Assembly (NCBI GenBank): GCA_965215565.1
Contig: CBDCDZ010000004.1
Coordinates: 2,560,001 to 2,624,000 of the forward strand
Source of the DNA: Trueperaceae bacterium
Lineage (GTDB): Bacteria; Deinococcota; Deinococci; Deinococcales; Trueperaceae
Direction of reading: 5' to 3'
DNA length: 64,000 nucleotides
The translations under genes and the position numbers were made by a program. The notes under the pieces are model-generated. The model was not told the origin of the DNA and searched no databases. It was given only the letters and a program-made list of their open reading frames with translations. How positions within the stretch are numbered: position 1 is the stretch's first letter; each line of letters begins with the position of its first letter. Below, piece after piece: positions 23,959-36,579 of this stretch.

Positions 23959-24584
23959 ATGAAAATTTGTCTCAGTGTCGTTACCTTGATGCTTAGCTTG
24001 GCGTTCGCTCAAAGTAGCACTTACACTTTTGCTGATATTCCTTGGTTGTCCTCGAAAGAAGAAGTCGTGGATGCTATGGAAGCTCGAAATTACACTGTAA
24101 ATTCAATTCTTAAAGCTTATCAAGAGCGCTCTAGTATATGAGCAGCACTGAGCTAACTATATTCAATACAAAGGAAAACCTCTTAGGACGCACCATTGCT
24201 ATATTTGCCAGCTTTAATCAAGGCGAGCAGCTTGTAAGAATGGGGGTTTACCTTTTTCCAAATCACGATCTCCCTCAAGATCAACTTCGCCGTGACACCG
24301 AAGAAGTTTTCTCTAACTTGAAAGAGCTTCTCAAAGAGAAGTATGGATACACTGCTTATGATTTTGAATTTCCTCCAAAACTACACGATACAGGTAGTAG
24401 CTTTGAGGAATTGATTGCCGCTGGCGATGAAATAACTGCTATAACGCACTGGTTTAGCGATACTGATTCAAGTGAACTCTATGTATCTGCAAAGCAAAAT
24501 TCGATAATAACTGTTGCCTATCTGTCACCTCACTGGGAGGCTGAGCCTAAACGTCGTCAAGGACCTCTTGCAAATGACCTCTAA
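23959..24584 (+). pseudogene. Probable frameshifted exported protein (ORFs 23959-24141 and 24138-24584)
   Basis: SD GGAGG, signal peptide and an F.DIPW..S.EEV start; it continues in another frame via an ATGA overlap. AT-rich. Confidence 0.5.
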
Positions 24585-24677
24585 GTAACTCGAAAGTTTA
24601 GCAAAGCGAAAGTAATAAAAGTACAGCTCGAGAAAGGTCTTCAAGGCTTAGCTCGAGCTTTTACTTTTGCCTCGAGC

Positions 24678-24920
24678 CTATCCCGTAAACATCCTCAAGA
24701 GGTCTTCAGGCAACTCGTCAAAGTCCTCCGCCATCCACACCTCACCCTCCCAAATGCGGACGCTCATATCGCGGGGGCTGATGTCGCGTTCATAAGCTAC
24801 GAGCTTGACCAGCGGCTCGCCGCGCTTGCTGATGATGACCTCTTCCCCTGCTAGGGCTCTTTCAATCAGCTTGGATTGGGCTTTGGCATCCGAGATGTTG
24901 ATGGTGTTCACTACTTTCAC
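24678..24920 (-). CDS. Phd/YefM family antitoxin, orphan
   Basis: NISDAKAQ-SKLIERA.AGEEVII.KRG.P.VKLV...EDFDELPED; no toxin gene follows. Confidence 0.8.
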   Translation of the reverse strand: MKVVNTINISDAKAQSKLIERALAGEEVIISKRGEPLVKLVAYERDISPRDMSVRIWEGEVWMAEDFDELPEDLLRMFTG

Positions 24921-25289
24921 CTAAGGATAAATACGCAAGTCCTCTGTAAACCCAATCAGCTCACCGTCTTCTAGCACGACTGCCATCCGTCCCACAAAGC
25001 CTCCTGTCATATATGTATCCGTCATCTGCCATTCGGGACGGCCCGCGTGTCGAACAGATAAGCTCGAGTCGCCCAAAACGTCAATGCCTACAACTGCGCT
25101 TTCTCTGGGTAGGATGTCGCCAACGGGATAGCTCGCTTGGTCCGTACCTATAACGACGTTCTCGAGCGTGCCCGGTCCAAGGTTATGCACCGTAACTTCG
25201 ATGTCGCTACCGTCCGTAAAGAAGATGGTTAGCGCTACAGCTACGACTGCCGCTACAGATAGAGGTAGCCAAACTATTCTTCGTCTCAC
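24921..25289 (-). CDS. Hypothetical exported or membrane-anchored protein
   Basis: N-terminal hydrophobic segment followed by a beta-rich domain; SD GAAGGA. Confidence 0.55.
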   Translation of the reverse strand: MRRRIVWLPLSVAAVVAVALTIFFTDGSDIEVTVHNLGPGTLENVVIGTDQASYPVGDILPRESAVVGIDVLGDSSLSVRHAGRPEWQMTDTYMTGGFVGRMAVVLEDGELIGFTEDLRIYP

Positions 25290-25420
25290 ACTATCCTTCC
25301 GTCAGCGTCTTCTTTAGGGAGACGGTTATCTCGAGCCCTAACCTCTTAGTTCCGTCAGGATAAGCCTCTCGCAAATTAGATAGAAACAGGGCCCGTGAGC
25401 GAATTGCCGTACACTAAAGC

Positions 25421-25636
25421 ATGAAAGCCGTCGCTCTGATCGCACACGACAAGAAGAAGTTAGACCTTGCCATCTTCGCCAAAGACCACGCCGATATCTT
25501 GCGCAAGTTCCCTCTCATCGCCACGAGCACCACGGGCGGCATGTTGGAAACGAAGAGTCACCTCAAGGTGGAGCGCCTGATGTCAGGTCCGCAAGGGGAC
25601 GACTTGCCGGTAGGCGCACGCATCTCTACAGTTTGA
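25421..25636 (+). pseudogene. mgsA: Truncated methylglyoxal synthase
   Basis: ALIAHDKKK, ATSTTG and SGP.GD present. It stops at 71 aa, before the DP/PH(E/D).D motifs. Confidence 0.75.
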
Positions 25637-25905
25637 CACAGCTTCTCCTACTTTCGCTGGAGGTCTAGTGAATGGAGCAGGCTCGAGTTCGTAATTATGA
25701 GTACAACTACTTCGTTTACCATTCAGGTCTATCGCTACTGTATCTAGCACGCTAGCCTTGGAGCACGAAGTTCTCGACTTTCGGGCGCGCTTGGCACGCT
25801 GTCTCCAGCAACTGATAAGCAAGATCATAAAACTTAATATTTACATCTTTAGCCCCTTCAACAAGATAAACCCAATTGTTAGGATAGAAATGCTGAGTGG
25901 GCTAC

Positions 25906-25954
25906 TTGGCTTTACCCCTTGCGGCATGTATACTGAAACTCGGAATAAGTCCGA
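25906..25954 (+). promoter_or_regulatory. suf promoter with a palindromic operator
   Basis: TTGGCT-N17-TATACT followed by TCGGA-N5-TCCGA at 25940-25954. Confidence 0.55.
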
Positions 25955-25955
25955 A

Positions 25956-26066
25956 TAGCAGGTATCATCTGGTTATAAACGCTCCCACTGAGATTGGCGC
26001 AAATTGGCACGCAAATTAAGGGATGATGCCTGCGCTAACCTGTCCCGGTAGAAGCGCTAACCGCTT
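25956..26066 (+). mobile_element. MITE-like element copy 8 (no insert), in the suf leader
   Basis: TAGCAGGTATCATCTGG...GCACGCA...GATGATGCCTGCG...AACCGCTT; 111 bp. Confidence 0.8.
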
Positions 26067-26167
26067 CAAAAGCTCGCCGAAGGGGTGAGCCAAGTCTTCC
26101 AACTTTCTGCTACACGTTTCCACAAACACTACATTTTCATAAGCAGTCTATAAGCAATGAGGTGTCT

Positions 26168-26923
26168 ATGAGTAACCAGCTAGAAATCCGCAACCTGCAC
26201 GCCGAAATCAACGGTGAGCCCATTCTGCGCGGTATCGACTTAGTCGTGCCAACGGGCGAAGTTCACGCGCTGATGGGTCCGAACGGCTCGGGTAAGTCCA
26301 CGCTCGCCAAAGTCATCGCAGGCGATCCTGCCTATGAGGTCACTGAGGGTGACATCTTAGTGGACGGCGAGAGCGTCATGGAGATGGAGCCCGACGAGCG
26401 GGCGCGCGCAGGTCTCTACTTGGCGTTTCAGTATCCTGTCGAGGTTCCTGGCGTTTCCATTGCCAACTTTTTGCGCCTAGCCGTCAACGCTCGCCGCGAC
26501 GATGACGATGAGATCGGCGTGATGGAGTTTTACAACAAGCTCCAGGGCGCGGTCAAAGCGCTCAATTGGGACGACTCGATTATCGAGCGCAACCTGCACG
26601 AGGGCTTCTCCGGCGGCGAGAAGAAGCGCAGTGAGGTCTTGCAGCTTCTCGTCTTAGAGCCTAAGTACGCCATCCTAGACGAAACCGACTCCGGCTTAGA
26701 CGTGGACGCGCTTAAAACTGTCTCGCAGGGCGTGAACGCCGCGAGAGGTGAGAACTTCGGCGCACTCGTCATCACCCACTACCAGCGGCTTCTCAATTAC
26801 ATCGTCCCCGACAAGGTTCACGTGATGTATAAGGGCAAGGTCATCAAAGAGGGTCCGAAAGAGTTGGCGATGGAGTTGGACCAGAAGGGGTATGACTGGT
26901 TGCGCGAAGAGGTAGCGGCGTAA
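26168..26923 (+). CDS. sufC: Fe-S assembly ATPase SufC
   Basis: Motifs [34 protein letters not shown] and ITHYQRLL. Confidence 0.95.
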   Translation: MSNQLEIRNLHAEINGEPILRGIDLVVPTGEVHALMGPNGSGKSTLAKVIAGDPAYEVTEGDILVDGESVMEMEPDERARAGLYLAFQYPVEVPGVSIANFLRLAVNARRDDDDEIGVMEFYNKLQGAVKALNWDDSIIERNLHEGFSGGEKKRSEVLQLLVLEPKYAILDETDSGLDVDALKTVSQGVNAARGENFGALVITHYQRLLNYIVPDKVHVMYKGKVIKEGPKELAMELDQKGYDWLREEVAA

Positions 26924-27040
26924 AGCAGGTAGTATCTGGTCACAAACGCGCTAAGTGGTCAAAGCATTGACATAAGAATTATCTTTTAGGTTCTAGCTAA
27001 CGGCTAAAAGCTAATCGCCAGCCAGCTAAGTAAGCATTAG
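26923..27040 (+). repeat. Partial MITE-like copy 9 plus (GCTAA)-type heptamers
   Basis: AGCAGGTAGTATCTGGTCACAAACGCGCT, then GCTAACG GCTAAAA GCTAATC. Confidence 0.55.
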
Positions 27041-27077
27041 CAATATTCTCAGTTACAACCTCCCGAAAGGAGCCCGC

Positions 27078-28487
27078 ATGTCTGACGCAGCCAACCTGCA
27101 AGGAATGCAGCACGAAAAGCAGTACCAGTTCAGCCTACCCGAAGAGTACTTCTTCCGCTCGGAAAAGGGCTTGACCCGCCGCGTCATCGAGCAGATTTCG
27201 TACTACAAAAACGAGCCGGAGTGGATGCTCGCGTTTCGCCTCAAGGCGCTAGAAATCGCTCAGAAGAAAGGCCGCCCCAAGTGGGGACCCGACCTCAACA
27301 ACCTCAACTTTGACGACATCTACTTCTACATCCGCCCGCAGGATAAAAAGGGCACAAACTCCTGGGACGACGTGCCCGAAGAGGTCCGCGAGACGTATCG
27401 CCGCTTAGGGATTCCCGAAGCGGAGCAGAAGGCCTTAGCGGGCGTCGGCGCGCAGTACGAAAGTGAGATGGTCTATCACTCGCTCAAAGAAGAGTGGGAG
27501 AGAAAGGGCGTCATCTTTATGGATACGGATACGGGTCTGCAAGAGCACCCCGAGCTGTTCCGTGAGCACTTCGCGACAGTTGTGCCGCCCGAAGACAACT
27601 ACTTCGCTGCGGTGAACTCGGCGGCGTGGTCAGGCGGTTCGTTCGTGTACGTGCCCGCAGGCGTCGAAATCGAAGTGCCGCTCCAAGCGTACTTCCTCAT
27701 TAACGCGCAGAGCATGGGACAGTTCGAGCGCACGCTCATCATCGGCGAAGAGGGCTCGAAGTTTCATTACATCGAGGGCTGCACCGCGCCCACCTACAAC
27801 TCGGACTCGTTCCACTCGGGCGTTATCGAGATCATCTGTAACGGCAACTCGGACGTGCGCTACTCGACGATTCAAAACTGGTCACATAACGTCTATAACC
27901 TCGTCACGCAGCGTGCCCTAGTTTACAAGGACGCTTCGATGGGCTGGTTGGACGGCAACCTGGGCTCGAAAGTCACGATGAAGTACCCCTCTTGCTACCT
28001 TTTAGATGAGGGCGCAAGAGGTGAAGTCCTGTCCATCGCCTTTGCGGGTGAAGGGCAGCATCAAGACGCGGGCGCGAAGATGGTCCACGCTGCGCCGCAC
28101 ACCTCTTCCTCGGTCGTCTCGAAGTCCATCTCGAAAGATGGCGGGCGCTCCTCGTATCGCGGTTTGGTGGATATTCACGAAGGCGCACGCGGCGCACGCT
28201 CGAACGTCGAGTGCGACGCCCTTCTCCTGGACGACAGCGCGAAGACCGACACTTACCCCTACATCCAGATCAATGAAAAGACTGCGCACGTCGGTCACGA
28301 GGCGACGGTCTCGAAGCTCAACGACGAGCAGATTTTCTACCTGCAGTCGCGCGGACTAGAAGAGGCTGAAGCAGCGGCGCTGATTGTGCGCGGTTTCTTG
28401 GAGCCGGTGGCGAAAGAGTTACCGCTCGAGTACGCCGTCGAACTCAACCGCTTGATTGAACTCGAGATGGAAGGGAGTGTGGGGTAA
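27078..28487 (+). CDS. sufB: Fe-S assembly protein SufB
   Basis: Motifs [28 protein letters not shown] and KYPS. Confidence 0.96.
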   Translation: MSDAANLQGMQHEKQYQFSLPEEYFFRSEKGLTRRVIEQISYYKNEPEWMLAFRLKALEIAQKKGRPKWGPDLNNLNFDDIYFYIRPQDKKGTNSWDDVPEEVRETYRRLGIPEAEQKALAGVGAQYESEMVYHSLKEEWERKGVIFMDTDTGLQEHPELFREHFATVVPPEDNYFAAVNSAAWSGGSFVYVPAGVEIEVPLQAYFLINAQSMGQFERTLIIGEEGSKFHYIEGCTAPTYNSDSFHSGVIEIICNGNSDVRYSTIQNWSHNVYNLVTQRALVYKDASMGWLDGNLGSKVTMKYPSCYLLDEGARGEVLSIAFAGEGQHQDAGAKMVHAAPHTSSSVVSKSISKDGGRSSYRGLVDIHEGARGARSNVECDALLLDDSAKTDTYPYIQINEKTAHVGHEATVSKLNDEQIFYLQSRGLEEAEAAALIVRGFLEPVAKELPLEYAVELNRLIELEMEGSVG

Positions 28488-28496
28488 GAGCAGTTG

Positions 28497-28552
28497 AAAG
28501 GACTGAGGTAAAAGAGGAAAGAGAAAGTCAGAAACTTTCACCTCAGTCCTTT
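28497..28552. repeat. Intercistronic inverted repeat
   Basis: AAAGGACTGAGGT...ACCTCAGTCCTTT. Confidence 0.7.
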
Positions 28553-28568
28553 TCTCTCGCGAAGCATC

Positions 28569-29891
28569 ATGGCAGACTTAGTCGCAAACCCCACCCTATC
28601 CGAAGGCACCGTCGAAGCGCTCATTCAAAAGCATGACGAACCCGCCTGGCTCGCCGAGGAGCGCCGCGCGGCGTTTCGCACCTATGAGGCGACGCCTTTC
28701 CCGACCCGCCGCGATGAGGTGTGGCGCTATACGCAGCTCGAGAGGTTCTCGCTGGAGGGTTTAGAGCCAGTAGGCGCACCTAAGAGCCGCGACGTCTCCG
28801 AGCGCATCCAAATGCGTATCGAGGACTCGGACGCCGAAGGCGTCTTAGTCCACAAGGGCAACGAAATCGTCCACCGCGACAGCAAAATCGGCGAAGAGGG
28901 CGTCATTTTTACCGATTTGCGCACCGCGCTACGCGAGCACGAAGACCTCGTTAGAGAGCACCTCTTCAGTGTTGTCAACGCGCAGCAGACGAAGTATACG
29001 GCGCTCAACGCCGCTTTTTGGGAGAACGGCACGTTCGTTTATGTTCCCAAGAATGTCGAAGTGAATTTGCCACTAGGTGCGTTCAACTCCGCCGACGCGG
29101 GCGGCATCACCGCGCCGCGCACACTGATTATCCTGGAGGCGAACGCCAAAGCCACCTTTATTGACGAATACACTAGCGAAGAGTTCGGCGAGCGGCTGTT
29201 CGTCTCGGGCGGCGCGGAGATCATCTTGGGCGACGGCGCGAAACTCCGCTACGTGAGCTTGCAGAACTGGAGCCGCAGCGTCGTTCATCTCAACAAGATT
29301 CGCGCTAAAGTCGGGCGCAACAGCCGCTTAGAGTCGCTGACCGTCTCACTCGGCGCGGACGCGGCGCGCGCCGAAGTCGAGTCTGTCCTGTCCGGTCCCG
29401 GCTCCGAGTCCGAGATGTTAGGTCTTTATTTCGCAGATAAGGGTCAGCACTATAACCAGTACACTTTGCAGCACCACGCCTCGGACCATGCGTTTTCCGA
29501 CCTCTTGTTCAAGGGCGCGCTGCGCGACTCTTCCGAGGCGGTCTACTCGGGCAACATCGTCGTAGACGAAAACGCGCAGAAAACCGACGCCTATCAGACG
29601 AACCGCAACCTGCTCTTAGACGAAGAGAGCGAAGCGGTCTCGATTCCGCAGCTTGAAATCGCTGCAAATGACGTACGCTGTTCGCACGGCTCGACGGTTT
29701 CCCCCGTACCCGAAGACCAACGCTTCTACCTGATGAGTCGCGGTCTCAAACCTGAAGTCGCTGAGCACGTGCTCGTGACGGGCTTCTTGCACGAGGTTAC
29801 GAGCCGCGTGACGCTACCCAAGGTAGCGGAGTATGTGGAGCGTGTGGTGCAGGCGAAGCTGGGTGTGCCGGGCGTGGAAGAGAAACTTTAA
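28569..29891 (+). CDS. sufD: Fe-S assembly protein SufD
   Basis: Motifs E.WRYT, AQKTDAYQ.NRNLLL, PQLEI.ANDV.CSHG and FYLMSRG. Confidence 0.95.
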   Translation: MADLVANPTLSEGTVEALIQKHDEPAWLAEERRAAFRTYEATPFPTRRDEVWRYTQLERFSLEGLEPVGAPKSRDVSERIQMRIEDSDAEGVLVHKGNEIVHRDSKIGEEGVIFTDLRTALREHEDLVREHLFSVVNAQQTKYTALNAAFWENGTFVYVPKNVEVNLPLGAFNSADAGGITAPRTLIILEANAKATFIDEYTSEEFGERLFVSGGAEIILGDGAKLRYVSLQNWSRSVVHLNKIRAKVGRNSRLESLTVSLGADAARAEVESVLSGPGSESEMLGLYFADKGQHYNQYTLQHHASDHAFSDLLFKGALRDSSEAVYSGNIVVDENAQKTDAYQTNRNLLLDEESEAVSIPQLEIAANDVRCSHGSTVSPVPEDQRFYLMSRGLKPEVAEHVLVTGFLHEVTSRVTLPKVAEYVERVVQAKLGVPGVEEKL

Positions 29892-29895
29892 GAAG

Positions 29896-29990
29896 TAGCG
29901 AGCAATGAGTAACGAGCAATGAGCAAAAGCCTTTAGACTCACCGTTCGTCCAGCTTGACTGGATTGCTCGTTGCTTTCAACTCATTGCTC
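29896..29990. repeat. Inverted heptamer array with a 22-nt insert
   Basis: GCAATGA units; CTCA[CCGTTCGTCCAGCTTGACTGGA]TTGCT. Confidence 0.85.
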
Positions 29991-30005
29991 CTCCGTAGGA
30001 GGATT

Positions 30006-30323
30006 ATGACTACAGCTAGTTTAGAAGTCGGCAGCGTCGCCGACTTCCCCAATGATTCTATGCACCCCTTTCAGATAGGTGGCAAACCTGTGCTGCTCGT
30101 CCGTCAAAAGGATGAATTTTACGCTCTCGAGGACCGTTGCACCCACGACAACGGTATTTTGCATGACGGCGAACTCTTGGCGGGCGCGGTCAAGTGCGAG
30201 CGGCACGGCGCGAAGTTCAACCTTAAAAATGGACGTCCGACGATGCCCGCCGTTAAAAAAGTGCGGCTTTACCAGACGAGGATAGATGACGGCAAAGTCT
30301 TTATCGATTACCAAGAGAGCTGA
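30006..30323 (+). CDS. Rieske-type [2Fe-2S] ferredoxin
   Basis: CTH...CERH motifs, with SD AGGAGG. Confidence 0.9.
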   Translation: MTTASLEVGSVADFPNDSMHPFQIGGKPVLLVRQKDEFYALEDRCTHDNGILHDGELLAGAVKCERHGAKFNLKNGRPTMPAVKKVRLYQTRIDDGKVFIDYQES

Positions 30324-30746
30324 CGGTGCACCTCATGTGGATTCCATATCAGACGTTTAGCGCCGCCCTCAGCGCGCAGTAGCCAGTTGTAAGCTATTTC
30401 ACTCGTCTTTGCCTGAGCCACCTCAAAAAGGTGACACCGCCGCACCTTTGTAGGGTAGATTAGTGTTGCGCTGTGACGCGGTTGTTAGGTTTGGGAGGGA
30501 CATGAGCCGTTGTTTCGGTACTTTGTCGGAGCGATGGCGAACCTGAGCGCGCTGGTCTGCACCGTCTCCACCCTGTCACTACTGTAGGGCATGACTCTCA
30601 CTATTTCTTCATCACATGTTTGAGTAACTGTGTAAGACTACCGTGCGAGTTTGCGCTTCACATGCGAACGACTTGAAAGGGGGTTGATGAGCCTCAGCAA
30701 GCTCAGATAGACGCACTTCAACCTAAGTTCAACGAGAGAGGATGAT

Positions 30747-31796
30747 ATGAAGAAATTTTTACTAACAATGCTAATCGTGGCGTTCGTGGGCAGTGTTCAC
30801 GCCCAAAGCACGGACTTCCCCGATGTGCCAGCAGGTTCTTACGCTGAGGACGCCGTAGCGCGCCTTTCGGATCTAGGCATCATTCTGGGTTTTCCGGACG
30901 GCACCTTTGGCGGCAACGAGAGCTTCACGCGCTACCAAGCCGCGCTCGTTATCAGCCGCGTGCTCGACTACATCGACGAGAACTACGCCCAAGCCGGTGC
31001 GGGTAGCGAAGAGGACATCGCCTCGCTACGCAACGCCGTACAGGAAGTCTCCTCTGACCTCGACTCGCTCAGCAGCCGCGTCTCCTCGTTAGAGGATACG
31101 GTATCGCAAGGTGGCGACAGCGAAGCGCTGCAGCAGCAAGTGGATCAGCTCAGCGCCGAGTTAGAGTCGCTCCGCGCCCAAATCGACTCGGGCGCGCTGC
31201 AAGGTCCCGAAGGTCCGCAGGGTCCCGAAGGTCCGCAGGGTCCGCCAGGCGAACAAGGTCCGCCAGGTGAGCCGGGCGTCGCAGACGTTACGCCTCAGCC
31301 CGAAATTACCCCAGTTCAGCCCGAACAGGTTGAAGTCGCCCGCGCTGACGATGGCGGCGGTCTCTACTTCGGTGTGGCTGCGCTCAATGAGTTGAACCTA
31401 GAGGACTTCGGCATTCGCGGCGTTCTCGGTGTTGACAAGATTGTCGGCGGTTTCGGCCTCCGCGCCACAGCGGATTATAACCGTCAGTCAGGCGACCTCT
31501 TCGACGGTGGTACGAGCACGTTCATCGGTCACCTTACCTACACGCTCGGCGGCCCAAGGATCAGAGCCTACGTGGGTGCAGGCGCAGGGTACCAGTTTGC
31601 CGATCTCGTCTTCGAAACGGATTCGGATCAGGACGTACTTTTCATCAGCGGACTCTTAGGCGCTGAATACGGTCTCTTCGGTAGCGTTGGCATCTTCGTT
31701 GAAGGTATGGTTGACTATTACCTCGACGATACCGGTTTCGATGGCTACGACGACATCTACCCGACGGTTGCGGCTGGTCTTAACTACCGCTTCTAA
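30747..31796 (+). CDS. SLH-domain outer-membrane protein with coiled coil, collagen-like repeat and C-terminal beta-barrel
   Basis: Signal peptide, SLH motif (FPDVP...GFPDGTF.G....TRYQ), heptads, (GPX)n, amphipathic strands and a terminal YRF. Confidence 0.85.
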   Translation: MKKFLLTMLIVAFVGSVHAQSTDFPDVPAGSYAEDAVARLSDLGIILGFPDGTFGGNESFTRYQAALVISRVLDYIDENYAQAGAGSEEDIASLRNAVQEVSSDLDSLSSRVSSLEDTVSQGGDSEALQQQVDQLSAELESLRAQIDSGALQGPEGPQGPEGPQGPPGEQGPPGEPGVADVTPQPEITPVQPEQVEVARADDGGGLYFGVAALNELNLEDFGIRGVLGVDKIVGGFGLRATADYNRQSGDLFDGGTSTFIGHLTYTLGGPRIRAYVGAGAGYQFADLVFETDSDQDVLFISGLLGAEYGLFGSVGIFVEGMVDYYLDDTGFDGYDDIYPTVAAGLNYRF

Positions 31797-31809
31797 GTCA
31801 AATTTAAAC

Positions 31810-31843
31810 GAAAAGACCCCCTCCGAAACGAGGGGGTTTTTTT
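31810..31843 (+). terminator. Intrinsic terminator
   Basis: GACCCCCTC-CGAAAC-GAGGGGGTT followed by a T run. Confidence 0.85.
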
Positions 31844-31889
31844 GGTGGTAGCTCTTTCTCTAAAACACTCACCGAATATGAATAAGGGA

Positions 31890-31919
31890 CTAAACAAGGG
31901 GTTGAAACCCCTTGTTTAG
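31890..31919. repeat. REP-like palindrome
   Basis: CTAAACAAGGGGTTGAAACCCCTTGTTTAG. Confidence 0.8.
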
Positions 31920-31957
31920 CCCGAGTCCCAGTTCAGAGAGTTGCCAAACTTCAACAG

Positions 31958-32416
31958 TTAAAGCTTCTTCAACTCCGTCAAGATGTCACCCGCGTGGAGC
32001 GTAAAGTCTCCCGGCGTCTCCTCGACGTGCTTAAAGCGCAGCACGCCCTCTTTGTCGATGATGAACACAGCTCGCTTGCTGATGCCGCGCTCGCTCAGGT
32101 ACACGTCGTACGCTTTCGCTGCGTCGCCCGTCATATCCGCTAGCAGCGGCACCTCGATGTTGAACTCCTTAGACCACGCCTTGTGTGTATAGACGCTGTC
32201 GCGGTTCACACCGATGACCTCGGCGTTCATCTCCGCGAAATCGTCCTTGCGCCCCGAATATTCGGGCAGTTGCATACTGCACGTCGGTGAGAAGTCGAGC
32301 GGGTAAAAGACCAGTACGACGTTCTTTTCTCCCCGGTAATCCTCTAAACTGACCTCTTTGTCCAAAGTGGATTTTAGCGTGAAGTCCGGTGCGCTTTCTC
32401 CAACCGTTACACTCAT
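31958..32416 (-). CDS. Peroxiredoxin (AhpE/BCP-like, 1-Cys)
   Basis: FYPLDFSPTC and RAVFIIDK.G motifs. Confidence 0.9.
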   Translation of the reverse strand: MSVTVGESAPDFTLKSTLDKEVSLEDYRGEKNVVLVFYPLDFSPTCSMQLPEYSGRKDDFAEMNAEVIGVNRDSVYTHKAWSKEFNIEVPLLADMTGDAAKAYDVYLSERGISKRAVFIIDKEGVLRFKHVEETPGDFTLHAGDILTELKKL

Positions 32417-32437
32417 GGGTAAACCTCCTAGCTGAGT

Positions 32438-32908
32438 TTACGACGGTGGATGAAGGAGAACGGTTGCCCTTGCTTGAATGTGCTCCGGCGCAAGCCCTTC
32501 ACTCGTCTTGAAGCCGACGCCAACCTCTTGCGGGTTTATCCCTAAGAGGTCCGCGACGTTCTGTTGGATTCGCTCCCGGTAAGCGCCGAGCTTGGGTTTG
32601 TCGAGGGTGACAACGATAGCAATGTTGCCTATTGCAAGAGGTCCACGTCGCAAGAGGTCTAGCACACGCCGCACGATGTCGGCGCTGTCTAAATCCTTAA
32701 ACTCGGGGTTGGATGGGGGAAAGTAGAGACCGATGTCGCCGAGAGCAAGCCCCGAGAGCAGCGCGTCTGCCAACGCATGTAGGAGCACGTCTCCGTCACT
32801 ATGTGCCACTGCGCCGCGTTCGCTTTCAATCTCCACCCCGCCAATTACAAGAGGTCGCCCTGCGGCTAATTTGTGCGCGTCTTCGCCAAAACCGATACGA
32901 ATATCCAT
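32438..32908 (-). CDS. ispF: 2-C-methyl-D-erythritol 2,4-cyclodiphosphate synthase
   Basis: Motifs [23 protein letters not shown] and KT.E.L; leaderless TAGAAT-N6-ATG. Confidence 0.93.
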   Translation of the reverse strand: MDIRIGFGEDAHKLAAGRPLVIGGVEIESERGAVAHSDGDVLLHALADALLSGLALGDIGLYFPPSNPEFKDLDSADIVRRVLDLLRRGPLAIGNIAIVVTLDKPKLGAYRERIQQNVADLLGINPQEVGVGFKTSEGLAPEHIQARATVLLHPPS

Positions 32909-32983
32909 AGGTCTATTCTATGGCATGACCGAACGTTCACCGTGAAGCGACAGCCCCCGTACGAACGTGCCACAATTCTCTCT

Positions 32984-33877
32984 ATGTCTCCCGCGCTCGG
33001 TATCCTCACGCTCGTTTTTATCACCTTGGTTTGGGGAACGACGTTCGTCGTCGTTAAAGACGCCTTGGAGACCATCTCCCCTGCGCTGTTGCTCGCACTC
33101 CGTTTCAGCGTGGCGGGGCTGCTCTTTAGCTGGGTGAGACCGCCGAGGCGGACGCTCGTACCCGGTTTGATTTTAGGACTACTCACCTTCGCGGGTTTCG
33201 CGACGCAGACGCTCGGGCTGGTGAGCACGACAGCCTCGAAAGCTGCCTTTATCACAGGTCTCAGCGTCGTGCTTACCCCTTTAGTCAGCGCGGTGTGGTT
33301 CGGCAACCGCGTCCCACCGAAAGCCTTTCTCGCTGCCTTCGTCGCGCTCGCAGGGTTGGGGCTGATGACGTTGACGGGACCGGTCGGCGTCACAACGGGG
33401 GATATCTGGGTGCTCGGCACAGCATTAGCGTACGCGCTCTATATCGTCTATCTAGGAGAGGTCGCAGCGCAGCATAGTGTGTGGGCGCTCAGCGCGGTGC
33501 AGCTCTGGCTCATGGCGGCGCTCGCGTGGGTCTGGGCACTGCCGCAAATCGGTACGCTCGCGTCGGTTCCACTAGGGACGTACGGCGCAATTCTCTATCT
33601 CGCCGTTGTCGCCACGGCGCTTATCTCGGTGCTGCAGGTGTCGGCGCAGCGGGTGGTGCCCGCCTATCTCGCCGCGCTCATCTTCGTTTTAGAACCCGTC
33701 TTCGCGGCGATTTTTGCCTATTTTGTGCGCGGTGAGACGCTCGGGCTATTAGGCTGGTTGGGCGGCGCTCTCATCGTCGTTGCGATGCTGATAAGCGAGG
33801 TGCGGTGGAAGTCGGCTCAACCGCAAACGGGTCAAAAAGAAGGTCAAAGGATGGTCAAGCGATCCTCTGACCTGTAA
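32984..33877 (+). CDS. EamA/DMT transporter
   Basis: Motifs WGTTF, ALRF and LEPVFA; 10 TM. Confidence 0.9.
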   Translation: MSPALGILTLVFITLVWGTTFVVVKDALETISPALLLALRFSVAGLLFSWVRPPRRTLVPGLILGLLTFAGFATQTLGLVSTTASKAAFITGLSVVLTPLVSAVWFGNRVPPKAFLAAFVALAGLGLMTLTGPVGVTTGDIWVLGTALAYALYIVYLGEVAAQHSVWALSAVQLWLMAALAWVWALPQIGTLASVPLGTYGAILYLAVVATALISVLQVSAQRVVPAYLAALIFVLEPVFAAIFAYFVRGETLGLLGWLGGALIVVAMLISEVRWKSAQPQTGQKEGQRMVKRSSDL

Positions 33878-33981
33878 GTTTTGTTTTGAGTGCGGAACTT
33901 GTGGGGGGCTCGAGTAGTGCCTCTCTCTATCCACAACGCTTCTGAATATCAAACTAGGGGTAGTAGCTTCTAAAGGGGGTG

Positions 33982-34005
33982 AACAAGGGGTTGAAACCCC
34001 TTGTT
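33982..34005. repeat. REP-like palindrome
   Basis: AACAAGGGGTTGAAACCCCTTGTT. Confidence 0.8.
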
Positions 34006-34045
34006 TAACGTCCACGTCATTCCAAATGAAGACACTCCCAACCTG

Positions 34046-35989
<1,944 letters not shown>

Positions 35990-36245
35990 AACTTACCTCC
36001 AAAACTCGAAACTTTAATTGACGATGTAAAAGCTAGCATAACGCGGCGGTTCTAAACAAGGTGTCTGAGTACTCTTTCGCGCCTAAGCGTCCTTGACGCG
36101 CCGCAAAGTGAAGCGATAAGATTACCTCTAAGTTCAGTTTTTATACCTAATTCTGACGTTCGGCGCATCCTGAAGATGAGGTCGGTTTTGCACTGCACTT
36201 CTCGGTGGGCAGCATACGGGCGAGAAGAGATGAGGTGGTGGGCGC

Positions 36246-36506
36246 GTGGCGCAAGAGGCACTTCTACAAGGGGTCATTTTCAAGTCGTTCAGCACAGTGA
36301 GAGAACGTGCTGCTCTGCAAGATTATGAGGCAACCGAGAGAGACTTTATACACCACGTTCACTATGGACGTGGTCCGACCGCAATCCCTCTGGAGGTGAC
36401 GTTTGTAGAGGAACGCCCGAAGACGCGGAGCGGCAAGATTACACGCCGACTCCTCAAAGCCCAGACGCTAGGGCAAGACCCCGGCGACACGTTGACGCTG
36501 AATTAG
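36246..36506 (+). pseudogene. C-terminal remnant of an acyl-CoA synthetase
   Basis: [22 protein letters not shown]...G.D.GD..TL; the rest of the gene is missing. Confidence 0.75.
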
Positions 36507-36579
36507 ACGTCAGAAACGTAAGTTTCGGCGATACGAATACTCATAATGACGGTACGGGGTTATACCCTTAGGAGGCGGA

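Noticed and set aside
30330..30640. Possible 6S/SRP/other housekeeping ncRNA, or a 14-aa leader peptide at 30503
   Set aside because: Hairpins are present, but there is no recognisable family motif and no terminator, so support is insufficient.
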